A stretch of 64,000 nt of DNA from Bacteroidetes bacterium 2013_40CM_41_45 (lineage in GTDB: Bacteria > Bacteroidota > Bacteroidia > AKYH767-A > 2013-40CM-41-45), in contig NGFH01000003.1 of the NCBI GenBank assembly GCA_002215675.1, positions 80,957-144,956 of the forward strand, in the 5' to 3' direction. Below the pieces are notes generated by a model. That model saw only the letters and a program-made list of their open reading frames with translations, was not told the DNA's origin and searched no databases. Position numbers and translations under genes: made by a program. Shown one piece after another: positions 18,405 to 28,139 of the stretch; positions within the stretch are counted from its first letter, which is position 1, and each line of letters starts with the position of its first letter.

Positions 18405-18989
18405 ATGATTAAAAATTATACGATTATCAATCGCATGGATTCTAATAATTACTTAAATTCAGTATTGATTAAGGAAAAGTTGTCAGATGGTTTTTATGCT
18501 TATTTTGAAATTACTTTGAATACAACTCATGAAGATGGTAAACTCAAAAAGGGTGATGGCTATGGCAAGAATTATTTTTATCAAATAAGACGTTTTGAGA
18601 ATGACCATATTGCAAATTATATCTCTGACCCATTCAAATACATTACAGAACAAATGTTCAAAGATGCGAAAAAAATCTTGAACAAGAATTTTACATTACA
18701 AAAGAAAATTCATAGTGTTGGCGAAAAATTTATTCATTATTATTCTATGTTCAAAATTGTGGAACATAGCCTAAAATCTTATCATGATGATTTTTACTGG
18801 CATGATGTTTTCAATATTGGAATGAAGTTATCCAACAATGAAAAGATTGATTTTATTTGGATTGTTCGTGAACATGGCACAAATATTTGTCAATTGAATG
18901 ACATTGTTTATAATGCCACTATTCAAGCATACCCTAATGCAAAAATATACCATGTTACAGAAAAGACAATTCGCCCATATAAAAAATAA
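18405..18989 (+). CDS. hypothetical protein
   Basis: 194 aa. Confidence 0.55.
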   Translation: MIKNYTIINRMDSNNYLNSVLIKEKLSDGFYAYFEITLNTTHEDGKLKKGDGYGKNYFYQIRRFENDHIANYISDPFKYITEQMFKDAKKILNKNFTLQKKIHSVGEKFIHYYSMFKIVEHSLKSYHDDFYWHDVFNIGMKLSNNEKIDFIWIVREHGTNICQLNDIVYNATIQAYPNAKIYHVTEKTIRPYKK

Positions 18990-18997
18990 ATTTACTA

Positions 18998-19026
18998 TTG
19001 ACTTTTATAAATGGTTATGATATAAT
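18998..19026 (+). promoter_or_regulatory. sigma70-type promoter TTGACT-N17-TGaTATAAT
   Basis: TTGACT at 18998-19003 and TATAAT at 19021-19026. Confidence 0.55.
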
Positions 19027-19050
19027 TGTAATATGAATGGAGATAAAAAT

Positions 19051-19362
19051 ATGTCCGAACATCATGTAGGTCAGATTGCAGAATATGGTACAGAAGAATA
19101 TAATTCTAATAAGTCTGCTTATACCATTTTAGAAAAAGCGACTTATGTAAATCCTCATGGCATTGAACATCCGGCGGTTTTATATCATCGTTCGGCTGGT
19201 TATAAGCCTGCTGGCAGTTGTGCAACATATTGTAAGGAAATTTGGGGTTATAGTATTTTTTGGGAATCAGATGGTACAAATCATGGCCGCTATAGTGGCA
19301 ATGAAAATGATGCCCGTGAATGGTGGAATACTATGAGCAAAAAGAATTTGGAGATTATATAA
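19051..19362 (+). CDS. hypothetical protein
   Basis: RBS TGGAGA. 103 aa. Confidence 0.5.
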   Translation: MSEHHVGQIAEYGTEEYNSNKSAYTILEKATYVNPHGIEHPAVLYHRSAGYKPAGSCATYCKEIWGYSIFWESDGTNHGRYSGNENDAREWWNTMSKKNLEII

Positions 19363-19634
19363 TGAATAAACGAACATTCAATAAAATTCTTAAAGAAGTT
19401 TCAAATAAAAAAACTGGTTTGTTGGATAAAGATAAAATCAAACTATTAGATAATGAGACAAAAACTTCCTTAGTACATTTTATTGTTCGTAATCGTGCCG
19501 CAGTTATTGTAAATTTTATTCCTGAAAATTTTGATACTGCATGGTTACATTCAATGGGATATTTATATACTGGCAGTAATAAGCATTTTGATTTTGTTGG
19601 AACATCTGAAAATATTCAGAAAATTGGAGTATAA
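19362..19634 (+). CDS. hypothetical protein
   Basis: TAATG overlap with the upstream gene. RBS GGAGA. Confidence 0.45.
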   Translation: MNKRTFNKILKEVSNKKTGLLDKDKIKLLDNETKTSLVHFIVRNRAAVIVNFIPENFDTAWLHSMGYLYTGSNKHFDFVGTSENIQKIGV

Positions 19635-19637
19635 TCA

Positions 19638-19865
19638 ATGGCCTCATACAGTGTTTTACTTACAGATGGTTTTCGTGCAAATTGTCAAGGCAAAAAAATT
19701 TCAAACGCCATGAAAACATTGGCAGAAAAACGTCCCGATTTAATTCCTCTCATGATGCCAAGTTTTATAACATATATTAATGGTGTTTCTAGTTATGGTT
19801 TTCGTCAAAATGAGGAAAGTAGAAAAGCAATTAAGATTATTAGAAAACGTGCTGGCATTAATTAA
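19638..19865 (+). CDS. hypothetical protein
   Basis: 75 aa. Confidence 0.45.
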   Translation: MASYSVLLTDGFRANCQGKKISNAMKTLAEKRPDLIPLMMPSFITYINGVSSYGFRQNEESRKAIKIIRKRAGIN

Positions 19866-19896
19866 TAAAATCGGAATTTTATGAATAGGAAAATAA

Positions 19897-20109
19897 ATGA
19901 AAAAACAATATAATTTTATTGTACTTCCGTATTCAGAAAATCTTAATTTTGATTTACAAAACAATCCATTTTCTTCTATTGATGGAACACTCGAATTGGC
20001 TTGGCAATGGGCAAAAAACCTTATAAAATTTAATCCTGTTTGCACAAGAGTTATATTTCAGTCTGTGAATGGTAGAAAAATATATTATTTAGAAAATAAT
20101 GGAGAATAA
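19897..20109 (+). CDS. hypothetical protein
   Basis: 70 aa. Confidence 0.45.
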   Translation: MKKQYNFIVLPYSENLNFDLQNNPFSSIDGTLELAWQWAKNLIKFNPVCTRVIFQSVNGRKIYYLENNGE

Positions 20110-20117
20110 ATAATAAC

Positions 20118-20306
20118 ATGAAAATAAATTCTGCAATTGGAATATATACTTATAAGGCAGACTATACCGAATCCATTAAAGCAATGGTGGCCGATGGTAA
20201 ATTTGCAAACTTTGAAGAAATAGAAGATTATATTCGTGAACGTATAATTAAAGCTGTTTTAAATGATTATGATATTGCTGAAAATATTTTTACAGAAGTC
20301 TCATAA
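20118..20306 (+). CDS. hypothetical protein
   Basis: 62 aa. Confidence 0.4.
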   Translation: MKINSAIGIYTYKADYTESIKAMVADGKFANFEEIEDYIRERIIKAVLNDYDIAENIFTEVS

Positions 20307-20328
20307 CTATAAAATGGAGTATAATAAC

Positions 20329-20640
20329 ATGCGTGACATTAATCAATGGCCTTACAATGGTGAAGATGGCATGAGTGCAAATTTTCGTGCTGGTAATAAT
20401 TTATGGATTGAAACTAATCTTGAATCATATTGGAATCAATTGGAATGTCTACCTCCCATTAGGCAGAATAATACTGTTTTTATGGTTGGAGAATGCTACA
20501 CCCATAGAGAATCAGATGGTGCAAGTTGTTATGCCGCATTTATAGAATATGATGGTAGATATTTTGGTAAAATTAACGCATTGAAAGATTTTGATTATAA
20601 TAAGTATATTCAAGAGATAATCAAACAATTTGATTTATAA
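20329..20640 (+). CDS. hypothetical protein
   Basis: RBS TGGAGT. Start re-set to MRDINQ. Confidence 0.45.
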   Translation: MRDINQWPYNGEDGMSANFRAGNNLWIETNLESYWNQLECLPPIRQNNTVFMVGECYTHRESDGASCYAAFIEYDGRYFGKINALKDFDYNKYIQEIIKQFDL

Positions 20641-20644
20641 AAGC

Positions 20645-20674
20645 TTGACATTTATATTGTGTTGTGATATAATC
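20645..20674 (+). promoter_or_regulatory. sigma70-type promoter TTGACA-N18-TGaTATAAT
   Basis: TTGACA at 20645-20650 and TATAAT at 20669-20674. Confidence 0.55.
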
Positions 20675-20704
20675 ACTATATCAATGGTCACCATAGGAGA
20701 TTAC

Positions 20705-20935
20705 ATGAAAACAATTTTTTTACCTTATTCGGATGTGATTGAAATTCGTCAAGTAAATAGGCATGATGATAGGATTGCTGGAGCAAATGAAATTACTAAG
20801 ATTATTTTTTATTTGTTTGGCATGATAAATATTGAAGAAGTATTTAGACCTATTCTTGCTGAATTGAACATTGATTCCAAAGTATTTTTTGAAGTATTCT
20901 GGAAGCACGTACAAAAAAATTCCATTTATAGTTAA
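20705..20935 (+). CDS. hypothetical protein
   Basis: RBS AGGAGA. Confidence 0.45.
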   Translation: MKTIFLPYSDVIEIRQVNRHDDRIAGANEITKIIFYLFGMINIEEVFRPILAELNIDSKVFFEVFWKHVQKNSIYS

Positions 20936-20986
20936 TTATTGGCCGCATTTCAATAAATAAAATGTCAGTTTCATTAATGGAGTATT

Positions 20987-21253
20987 ATGAAAAGATTTTA
21001 TATAGAATATACTTTAATTGAACCTGTTCACGCAATGAATGGAGTAACTGTTCTATATAACAGAACAAGAAATTATAAAAGGACATTAAAGGCAAAAGAT
21101 TTTTGGAATGCTCTTTTTGTATTTGGAAAACAAGTTGATAAAAAATACATGAATGGCCGATTTACAATAAACAAGGCATGGGAATATCTTGAAGATGGCA
21201 CGTGGAAACAATTTTCAAATGACGAAATATTCTCTGCTCTTGCGCCATTTTGA
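20987..21253 (+). CDS. hypothetical protein
   Basis: 88 aa. Confidence 0.45.
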   Translation: MKRFYIEYTLIEPVHAMNGVTVLYNRTRNYKRTLKAKDFWNALFVFGKQVDKKYMNGRFTINKAWEYLEDGTWKQFSNDEIFSALAPF

Positions 21254-21291
21254 TATTAATAAAACTTGTATTTTATAAAGGATAAAATAAA

Positions 21292-21651
21292 ATGCCATAT
21301 AACATTGGAAAAGACGAATACGAATTCAATATTAAAAAATTAGAAAAACTTCACAGAGATATAGTTATTGCTCGTGATGAATATTCATATGGTAATGAAT
21401 GGAAATTGCTACATAATCTTCAGGGGTTTATTACAAAAGTGGATATTTATGAAAATAAAAATCCCATAGATGTTGATATTTTAAATATTTCAATATCTGC
21501 TTTAAGTGCCAAAATTCAATATGCTATGACACTAGTAGAAAATGCTCAAAATTCTTTGTTGGGATTTTTAACAATTAATGGTCGCAGGAAAAAAGAAATA
21601 ATCTTATTAGAATACAGAACATTTTTATTCAAGCCAGAGACACGCTATTAA
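21292..21651 (+). CDS. hypothetical protein
   Basis: Preceded by TTTTATAAAGGA. Confidence 0.5.
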   Translation: MPYNIGKDEYEFNIKKLEKLHRDIVIARDEYSYGNEWKLLHNLQGFITKVDIYENKNPIDVDILNISISALSAKIQYAMTLVENAQNSLLGFLTINGRRKKEIILLEYRTFLFKPETRY

Positions 21652-21676
21652 TCATTGGGCGAAAAGGATAAATAAA

Positions 21677-21862
21677 ATGGATAATATTGTAAAAATAATT
21701 TATGAAGATAAAACAGTTTATAGTATTGGCGAAAGTTTAAAAATTACTTCAATGGATGGGGGTGTTATAATCTTTGGTGTTTCTCAAAATAGGGGTATTG
21801 TTATAGTTCCTGAAGAATTTGAAAATTTACTAAGCGTTCTACAAGAGATATTAATAAAATAG
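21677..21862 (+). CDS. hypothetical protein
   Basis: 61 aa. Confidence 0.4.
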   Translation: MDNIVKIIYEDKTVYSIGESLKITSMDGGVIIFGVSQNRGIVIVPEEFENLLSVLQEILIK

Positions 21863-21883
21863 CCATTTCATAGGAGTCTAAAA

Positions 21884-22222
21884 TTGATTAAAAATATTCA
21901 TATAAATTTTTATATTGTAAAAGGTAAAGCACAAGAAATTATTTCCTGTGCTGAAGATAGCGAACAAAATAAAATTTTAGAATTGGCCGAATCGAATATT
22001 GCCAGTCTCATTATTCCTACATTGAAAATTGAAAAGAAGGCCGTATACTTTGTAATCTTTGAAGGTGATTATGTCGAATCTGGTCGCTTGAAGAATCAAA
22101 CAGAATGCAAGTGTGTTAAGACAGATTATACTCCTGCTACCTTTCGTAAGGCTCATAGAGACATGATTAAGGCTGATGCTAAAGCAATGAACAAAATAGA
22201 TTTAGAAAAAAACTATTCTTAA
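21884..22222 (+). CDS. hypothetical protein (TTG start)
   Basis: RBS TAGGAG 7 nt upstream. Confidence 0.4.
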   Translation: MIKNIHINFYIVKGKAQEIISCAEDSEQNKILELAESNIASLIIPTLKIEKKAVYFVIFEGDYVESGRLKNQTECKCVKTDYTPATFRKAHRDMIKADAKAMNKIDLEKNYS

Positions 22223-22232
22223 GGGAGAATTA

Positions 22233-23207
22233 ATGGGAAATATTATTGATTTGACAGGGCATAAATATGGAAGATTAACCGTTCTAGAATTAGATTATGT
22301 AAATAAAAAAGGAAAAACGTATTGGAGTTGTCTTTGCGAATGTGGAAATCATATTACTATTCAGTCAGGAAATTTGAGAAATGGAAATACTAAGTCTTGT
22401 GGTTGTTATAATAAAGAAAAAGTAAGTGAAAGAAGTAGAATAGATTTAACTGGAAAAATTTTCGGAAGATTAAAAGTTTTAAAAATAGAACATTTAAACA
22501 AAGAACTATATTGGTTGTGTGAATGTTTAAATGATGGAAATTTATTAATTGTTAGGGCGTCTCAATTAAAAAATGGTAAAACTAAATCCTGTGGATGTTT
22601 TCAAAAGGAAATAGTTAGCAAGAGAAGTTTTATAAATTTGATAGATAAAAAATTTGGATTTTTAACCATCATAGAACTTGCTTATATGGATAAAAATAGG
22701 GGAGCATTTTGGAAATGCCAATGTTCAAGAGATGGTAATTATATTATCACGAGTTCCAGTAGTTTAAAATCGGGAAATACGAAATCATGTGGATGTTTAT
22801 CGGAAAGTTGGATTGCTTCTGAACTTAAAAAATATTTCAAGAAAAAATATGGAGCAGAAATAGAATATAAGATTTTCAAAAATATAAAGACAAACAAATT
22901 TTTACCTTTTGATATATTTTTACCGAAAGAAAATATTTATATTGAAATTCATGGACAACATCATTACAAAATTCATCGTTGGCATTATCTACAAGCTAAA
23001 AAAAATAATACATCCGTTAATCAAGAATTTTATTATCAAAAAATTAAAGATTATATGAAAAAAATGTTTGCAAAAATAAATGGGATTTACATTGAGATTG
23101 ATTTAAGAAAAATTATTGTTCCCGAAGATGCAATTATGCAAATAAATAAAATTATTAAAAATAAAATCAAAACTAGAATATTTCACCTATTGACTTTTTG
23201 GGTGTAA
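22233..23207 (+). CDS. repeat-containing putative endonuclease (GRLTVL-type repeats plus Cys clusters, same C-terminal nuclease-like module as 3369 and 48931)
   Basis: Repeats HKYGRLTVLELDY, GKIFGRLKVLKIEH and KKFGFLTIIELAY. CxCxxG clusters. C-terminus is FLPFDIFLPKENIYIEIHGQHHYK. Confidence 0.55.
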   Translation: MGNIIDLTGHKYGRLTVLELDYVNKKGKTYWSCLCECGNHITIQSGNLRNGNTKSCGCYNKEKVSERSRIDLTGKIFGRLKVLKIEHLNKELYWLCECLNDGNLLIVRASQLKNGKTKSCGCFQKEIVSKRSFINLIDKKFGFLTIIELAYMDKNRGAFWKCQCSRDGNYIITSSSSLKSGNTKSCGCLSESWIASELKKYFKKKYGAEIEYKIFKNIKTNKFLPFDIFLPKENIYIEIHGQHHYKIHRWHYLQAKKNNTSVNQEFYYQKIKDYMKKMFAKINGIYIEIDLRKIIVPEDAIMQINKIIKNKIKTRIFHLLTFWV

Positions 23208-23219
23208 TTTGGTATAATT
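23190..23219 (+). promoter_or_regulatory. sigma70-type promoter TTGACT-N18-TATAAT (inside the 3' end of the previous gene)
   Basis: TTGACT at 23190-23195 and TATAAT at 23214-23219. Confidence 0.45.
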
Positions 23220-23254
23220 AATAAAAACAGTGATTTTATAAAGAGGAGTTTATA

Positions 23255-23455
23255 ATGGGCAGTAGATTTGGTATGTATTTTGCAAGCGTTTTTGAACAAT
23301 CAGAAACCGAAGAAAATTTTATTCAAATTATAAAAAACAATGGTTCATTATATATGTATTCAGATGAACAATTGAAAGACGTTTGGGAAGCATTATGTGT
23401 TCTTAATCGTAGTATAATTAATAAAATAATTCGAGAGGTTAAAGATGTCAAATAA
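23255..23455 (+). CDS. hypothetical protein
   Basis: Preceded by TTTTATAAAGAGGA. Confidence 0.45.
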   Translation: MGSRFGMYFASVFEQSETEENFIQIIKNNGSLYMYSDEQLKDVWEALCVLNRSIINKIIREVKDVK

Positions 23456-23696
23456 ACCTCGTATTATTACAAAATGTGTTGCTGGTACTTATGAAGCACC
23501 TAATGAAAAAATAATTGAATTTGATGGTGGATTAATTTCTTTTCGTAAGATGGAAAATGGTTGTATATCTGTAGATTTATACAGGTTTGATAATAACGTT
23601 AAGGTAGATGTAAGTTATGAAAATGGTTTATTTGAACATCACACTGGTGTTTATGGAAGTGTTACAACTAATCCATTGAAAAAATATAAAATTTAA
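23445..23696 (+). CDS. hypothetical protein
   Basis: 83 aa. Confidence 0.45.
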   Translation: MSNKPRIITKCVAGTYEAPNEKIIEFDGGLISFRKMENGCISVDLYRFDNNVKVDVSYENGLFEHHTGVYGSVTTNPLKKYKI

Positions 23697-23789
23697 CAAC
23701 CGGGTGAAACCAGTCTTAGGAGTGTTGCGGTTAGGGACTGGCAGACAATTTGATTGGGTTTAGGATTGTCAATTAATGAGAGAAAAATT

Positions 23790-23945
23790 ATGAAAAAGAA
23801 AAATGGACTAATACATAAATATAAATCATCTAATATTTGGGATATAACTTCTAAGTGTGGTATTCCTGCATGGAAAAATGGAAATAGATATTGGAAAAAT
23901 ACAACCTGTAAGGAATGTTTAAAATATAAAAAATTAGGAAAATAA
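23790..23945 (+). CDS. small Zn-ribbon protein (CG...CKEC)
   Basis: RBS GAGAGAAAA. Start re-set to MKKKNGL. Confidence 0.4.
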   Translation: MKKKNGLIHKYKSSNIWDITSKCGIPAWKNGNRYWKNTTCKECLKYKKLGK

Positions 23946-23947
23946 AT

Positions 23948-24631
23948 ATGATAAAAATTTATCGTGTGGGTGGTGCAGTAAGAGATTCTATTATGGGACT
24001 AAAATCAAAGGATATTGATTATTCTGTTGAAGCAGAATCTTTTGATGCTATGCGTGATTATATTGTTAGTATTGGCGGTCAGATATTTCTTGAAACTCCA
24101 AATTTTCTAACAATTCGTGCAAGAGTTGGTAGAGAATCGGCAGATTATGTTCTTGCACGTAAGGATAATGATTATAGTGATGGGCGCAGACCTGATTCCG
24201 TTGAACCCGGTACTCTCTATGATGACCTTGCAAGGCGTGATTTCACAATGAATGCTATCGCCATTGATTCTCAAGGATATTATATTGACCCTTTTTATGG
24301 AATCATAGATATAGGACAAAGGATTATCCGCTGTGTTGGAAAAGCAGAAGACCGTATTTCAGAAGATTGGCTTAGATTGCTTCGTGCCGCTAGATTTTCA
24401 ATCACCAAAGATATGAAAATTGATTCAACCATTACAAAATTTTTTGATGATAACTATGCAACTTCTCATCTAGCAAAATCTGTTTCTGAAGAAAGAATTC
24501 GTGAAGAAACTAGTAAAATGTTTCAAGCAGATACAAGAGTCTCAATTAAATTTTTTGGTCAATATCCTAAAATGTCATATGCTTGTTTTGGCGGTGGCAT
24601 TTGGTTAAAGCCAACAACTGAAGAGAGATAA
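23948..24631 (+). CDS. tRNA nucleotidyltransferase (CCA-adding enzyme / poly(A) polymerase head-domain family)
   Basis: GGAVRD...DIDY and RRDFTMNA motifs, typical of the class II CCA-adding head domain. Confidence 0.75.
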   Translation: MIKIYRVGGAVRDSIMGLKSKDIDYSVEAESFDAMRDYIVSIGGQIFLETPNFLTIRARVGRESADYVLARKDNDYSDGRRPDSVEPGTLYDDLARRDFTMNAIAIDSQGYYIDPFYGIIDIGQRIIRCVGKAEDRISEDWLRLLRAARFSITKDMKIDSTITKFFDDNYATSHLAKSVSEERIREETSKMFQADTRVSIKFFGQYPKMSYACFGGGIWLKPTTEER

Positions 24632-24662
24632 ATATGATTAATTATTTTACAACCACAAATAT

Positions 24663-24690
24663 TTGACTATCTCTTGAATCATATTATAAT
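24663..24690 (+). promoter_or_regulatory. sigma70-type promoter TTGACT-N16-TATAAT
   Basis: TTGACT at 24663-24668 and TATAAT at 24685-24690. Confidence 0.45.
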
Positions 24691-24696
24691 AAGGGT

Positions 24697-24906
24697 TTGA
24701 CATCAGAAAAAGCCAAAGAAATTATTCAATCAATGGCAGACCCTTATAGCGCAGGAAGCAAATTGAGATGTGAAGCAATGGGCTTGAATGGAAATTGGAT
24801 TGTTAGTACGTCTGCAAAACGCAAAGATGATATTGAATATGTTGTTCTTGCAATCCAATATAATTTAAATATAGAATTAGAAAATAATAAAGGAAAAATG
24901 AAATGA
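24697..24906 (+). CDS. hypothetical protein (TTG start)
   Basis: RBS AAGGG. Confidence 0.4.
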   Translation: MTSEKAKEIIQSMADPYSAGSKLRCEAMGLNGNWIVSTSAKRKDDIEYVVLAIQYNLNIELENNKGKMK

Positions 24907-25037
24907 AACTTTGGCAGGAAATAAAGAATATGTTGGAACAGTTTGTTATTCGTCTTGCGTTTTTAATTTTATGGTCTAGTTTTTTAATTGTTTTATTTTA
25001 TATTTTTCTCTTTTTATATATGTATTGGAGATAAAAA

Positions 25038-25181
25038 ATGATAACTATTATATTAATTATTGGCGGATTTTTAATTTTATGCTTGTTGATTCATTCTTGG
25101 TCTAAGATGCCAATAGAGAATGATACATTGGCTGATGATGATTTAAATAGTAGAAATAAAATTCATAATGGAGAATGGTAA
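25038..25181 (+). CDS. small single-TM membrane peptide (47 aa)
   Basis: Manual translation gives MITIILIIGGFLILCLLIHSW... A second hydrophobic small ORF sits at about 24903-25034. Confidence 0.3.
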   Translation: MITIILIIGGFLILCLLIHSWSKMPIENDTLADDDLNSRNKIHNGEW

Positions 25182-25185
25182 AACT

Positions 25186-25494
25186 ATGCAATTATCAAAT
25201 GATATTATAAAAAAAATACAAAATAACATATGGAAAACTGATTCTATTGATTATTGGGTTGGCAATATGAATGCTATTGATAATTTGGAAACCAATATTA
25301 TTGAACAATCAACCGGAAAGAATCATAAAATCAATTCAGAAACAATTCAAAAGGGTTATGATATTATCGCAATTCAAGCCACAAATGTTCCTGATTTTAT
25401 TTTACAACTTTTAGAGACAGAACAATTTGATGAAGAACAATTGGTTGATGCTATTATTCAAGTTGGCTTATTTGGAGAATTGAAATATCAATAA
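25186..25494 (+). CDS. hypothetical protein
   Basis: RBS GGAGAA. Confidence 0.45.
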   Translation: MQLSNDIIKKIQNNIWKTDSIDYWVGNMNAIDNLETNIIEQSTGKNHKINSETIQKGYDIIAIQATNVPDFILQLLETEQFDEEQLVDAIIQVGLFGELKYQ

Positions 25495-25498
25495 ATAA

Positions 25499-25527
25499 AA
25501 TGCCTCTTTTATCAAGAGGCTTTTTAG
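25499..25527 (+). terminator. rho-independent terminator (GCCTCTT...AAGAGGC + TTTTT)
   Basis: Seen directly. Confidence 0.65.
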
Positions 25528-25540
25528 TTTAAATTGGGGC

Positions 25541-25568
25541 TTGACAGGAATGTAATTTGTGGTATAAT
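25541..25568 (+). promoter_or_regulatory. sigma70-type promoter TTGACA-N16-TGgTATAAT
   Basis: TTGACA at 25541-25546 and TATAAT at 25563-25568. Confidence 0.6.
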
Positions 25569-25576
25569 CATCTTAT

Positions 25577-25783
25577 ATGAAAAAACAATTCTATCTATAT
25601 AATGACTTTACGGCGATGGAAACATATTGGTATTGTTTTCATGTAATAAAAAATAATTTTCATAAATTTATTGATTGGGAATGGGATTACTATTCTGGTC
25701 TATATGAAAATAGCGAACCTCACGGAATTTCCAATTTCTTTTGGGTGAAAGCAATGAATAATTTTAAAAAGGAAAATAAATGA
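25577..25783 (+). CDS. hypothetical protein
   Basis: 68 aa. Confidence 0.45.
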   Translation: MKKQFYLYNDFTAMETYWYCFHVIKNNFHKFIDWEWDYYSGLYENSEPHGISNFFWVKAMNNFKKENK

Positions 25784-26100
25784 AAATAAAAGAATTATTA
25801 AAACTCAAAAAATTTCAAGATAATGAAAATTTTTTAATAAGTCTTTGGTATGATTTAAGATATGGCATAAATATAGATAGCCAAAAATATCATAATATCG
25901 AAAATTTCTATAAAAAAGTAAATAATTCTAAAATTAATGTTCACGATTTAAAAAATAGAATATCTAGCAGATTGATTCAATGTGATTGGTTTATTGAAGA
26001 CATGATTAAAAATAATGAAAACGTAGAACAAGAATTGAATAAAAAATTAAAATATATTTATCTTTTAGAATTAATTAATAATGGAGAATTGAATGGCTAA
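25780..26100 (+). CDS. hypothetical protein
   Basis: 106 aa with 4-nt overlap. Confidence 0.45.
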   Translation: MKIKELLKLKKFQDNENFLISLWYDLRYGINIDSQKYHNIENFYKKVNNSKINVHDLKNRISSRLIQCDWFIEDMIKNNENVEQELNKKLKYIYLLELINNGELNG

Positions 26101-26866
26101 AATAAAATTTGATGGTGATGAAAAACCAATTAAGATATTGCCAGCGATTAAGGGTAATCATAGCAAATATCCTATCACCCTATTTTTAGGTGAACAAACA
26201 TGGGAAACTCATCGTGGAAAACGAATTGTATATGGTGGTAAACCTATTCAATATTATTCAGCCATTTCACGCCCTCGCAAGTATAAAAAATTTGAAGAAT
26301 ATAATGATAAAGAATGGCTATCACTTGGAGCATTAGAAACCGATGAACGTCCAGTATTGCAAATGGTTCATTCTAATTGGGCGGCAGATGGATTTAGAAT
26401 GCATATTTTGAAAAAAGAAAAAGAATGCAAATGTGAATATTGCAAAAATCGTGATGATGGTATTGGTTTGATGTCACCAGATTATACAAGCATTATTCCT
26501 ATTAAAAAAGACGGTGATATTGTTGTAAAAATTTCTAAAAAATCATTAGAATCAATATTAAATAGTATTCTTGCTTTTATTGGAAAAGAATATGGTACTT
26601 TGATATTTGAAATTTCTCCAGATGGATTTTCTTATGAAATAAATAATGATGATTTAGGTCGTTCTTATGGAACTGTTAGTTTAGATGATGATGAAAAATA
26701 TTCATCCACTGGTTCAATTAGAATGGGATTGAATAAATATTTTGTGTGGGATGCAATTAGTGGTATGGATGATATTGTTACGATGACATTTCAAAATCCT
26801 GTTACTCCAATGACTATTGAGTCAAAAACTCATAAAGCAATTCTTATGCCAATGTATATAGGATAA
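26093..26866 (+). CDS. hypothetical protein (257 aa)
   Basis: Long ORF. Confidence 0.55.
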   Translation: MAKIKFDGDEKPIKILPAIKGNHSKYPITLFLGEQTWETHRGKRIVYGGKPIQYYSAISRPRKYKKFEEYNDKEWLSLGALETDERPVLQMVHSNWAADGFRMHILKKEKECKCEYCKNRDDGIGLMSPDYTSIIPIKKDGDIVVKISKKSLESILNSILAFIGKEYGTLIFEISPDGFSYEINNDDLGRSYGTVSLDDDEKYSSTGSIRMGLNKYFVWDAISGMDDIVTMTFQNPVTPMTIESKTHKAILMPMYIG

Positions 26867-26870
26867 AAAT

Positions 26871-27209
26871 ATGATAAAGAAAATAAAATTATCATTTAAA
26901 CGTCATCCAAAAGAAACAGGATTAAGAGGAATTGGTCGCCCTTATTCTATTGTTGATATTAAAATCAATAAAAAAATTTGTGGTCATATTTTTCCTCCAA
27001 CATGGCAAGATGAAAATCATGTTTGGAAAATTATGATTTCTGTTATTAAAAATGATATTATGGAAGATGGAAATAAAAATTGTTCATGGAAATGGTTCAC
27101 CTTATCTTTTAGAGGCAATGATGAAAATGAATGTCGTGAACATATAAAACAAGAAATTCAAAAAATAGAAAGTAAATATAATATATATTATATAGAAGAA
27201 GAGGAATAA
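26871..27209 (+). CDS. hypothetical protein
   Basis: 112 aa. Confidence 0.5.
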   Translation: MIKKIKLSFKRHPKETGLRGIGRPYSIVDIKINKKICGHIFPPTWQDENHVWKIMISVIKNDIMEDGNKNCSWKWFTLSFRGNDENECREHIKQEIQKIESKYNIYYIEEEE

Positions 27210-27437
27210 ATGAAAATAAATTTTAAATATGTTGTTGAAAAATTTATGTTATATTTATTGATGGTGGTTGGAAGTTCATTAGAAATGTTCTTAATTAATT
27301 ATTTCTTTTTAACAAGACCAGAATATCCTTTGTTTTTTAGTTTATGTTTAGGGGTATTAAATTCAACCTTAATAAGTGCAATATCCCTTCCGGGAATAAG
27401 TCAAATGATTGATTCAATGAATAAATTTAAAAAATAA
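27210..27437 (+). CDS. small membrane protein
   Basis: Hydrophobic, 75 aa. Confidence 0.4.
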   Translation: MKINFKYVVEKFMLYLLMVVGSSLEMFLINYFFLTRPEYPLFFSLCLGVLNSTLISAISLPGISQMIDSMNKFKK

Positions 27438-27475
27438 AAATTAATAAAATTGTTGTTTTATGAATGGAGTTATTC

Positions 27476-27688
27476 ATGTGTAAGCATAGAAATATATCAA
27501 TAACAGAATTCGGGACAGCGTGGACAAATCATGCTTTACAAAATGGTACATGGTCGCATGTTAGTGATATTGGAGCATATATAGGTCAAATTGATATTCA
27601 TTGTTATGATTGTGGTATTGAAAAAACATATTATTATAAAAATCGTCCGAAATGGTTGATTAAATTATTAGAAGAAATGAACACTTGA
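27476..27688 (+). CDS. hypothetical protein
   Basis: RBS TGGAGT. Confidence 0.4.
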   Translation: MCKHRNISITEFGTAWTNHALQNGTWSHVSDIGAYIGQIDIHCYDCGIEKTYYYKNRPKWLIKLLEEMNT

Positions 27689-27713
27689 CAAATAGAATAA
27701 AATTTGTTATAAT
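27685..27713 (+). promoter_or_regulatory. sigma70-type promoter TTGACA-N17-TGtTATAAT
   Basis: TTGACA at 27685-27690 and TATAAT at 27708-27713. Confidence 0.55.
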
Positions 27714-27931
27714 ATAAATATTCAGGAGAAAAATATGGTTCTTTCTACAATATAAAAAAGAAAGGGATTATCCTTCAAAACCTTTTGAGGTCAAACAATT
27801 TTTTGATTTTGAAAAAATGAAAGAATATTCTGCTAATCAAGCTCATCTTTATAAAAATTCAAAAGACCCTTATTATTCAGAATATATTTCCACTTATTGT
27901 AAATCTGAAATTTAAAAATAGGAGAAAAAAA

Positions 27932-28135
27932 ATGAAAATTCAAATTGTAAATTCTACTAATACAAATTATATTGAAATTGGAACTACAGATGGATATTAT
28001 GCAAAACCCGTTCCTCGTGTTGGAGAAAGAATAAATTTAGGTTATCTTCCTGTGCCACAAGTGGATTCTGTTGTATATGATTATGAAAATAAAATTGTTT
28101 ATGTTCATATTGATTCCCCATTTTTAAAAGAATAA
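27932..28135 (+). CDS. hypothetical protein
   Basis: RBS AGGAGA. Confidence 0.45.
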   Translation: MKIQIVNSTNTNYIEIGTTDGYYAKPVPRVGERINLGYLPVPQVDSVVYDYENKIVYVHIDSPFLKE

Positions 28136-28139
28136 TAAA

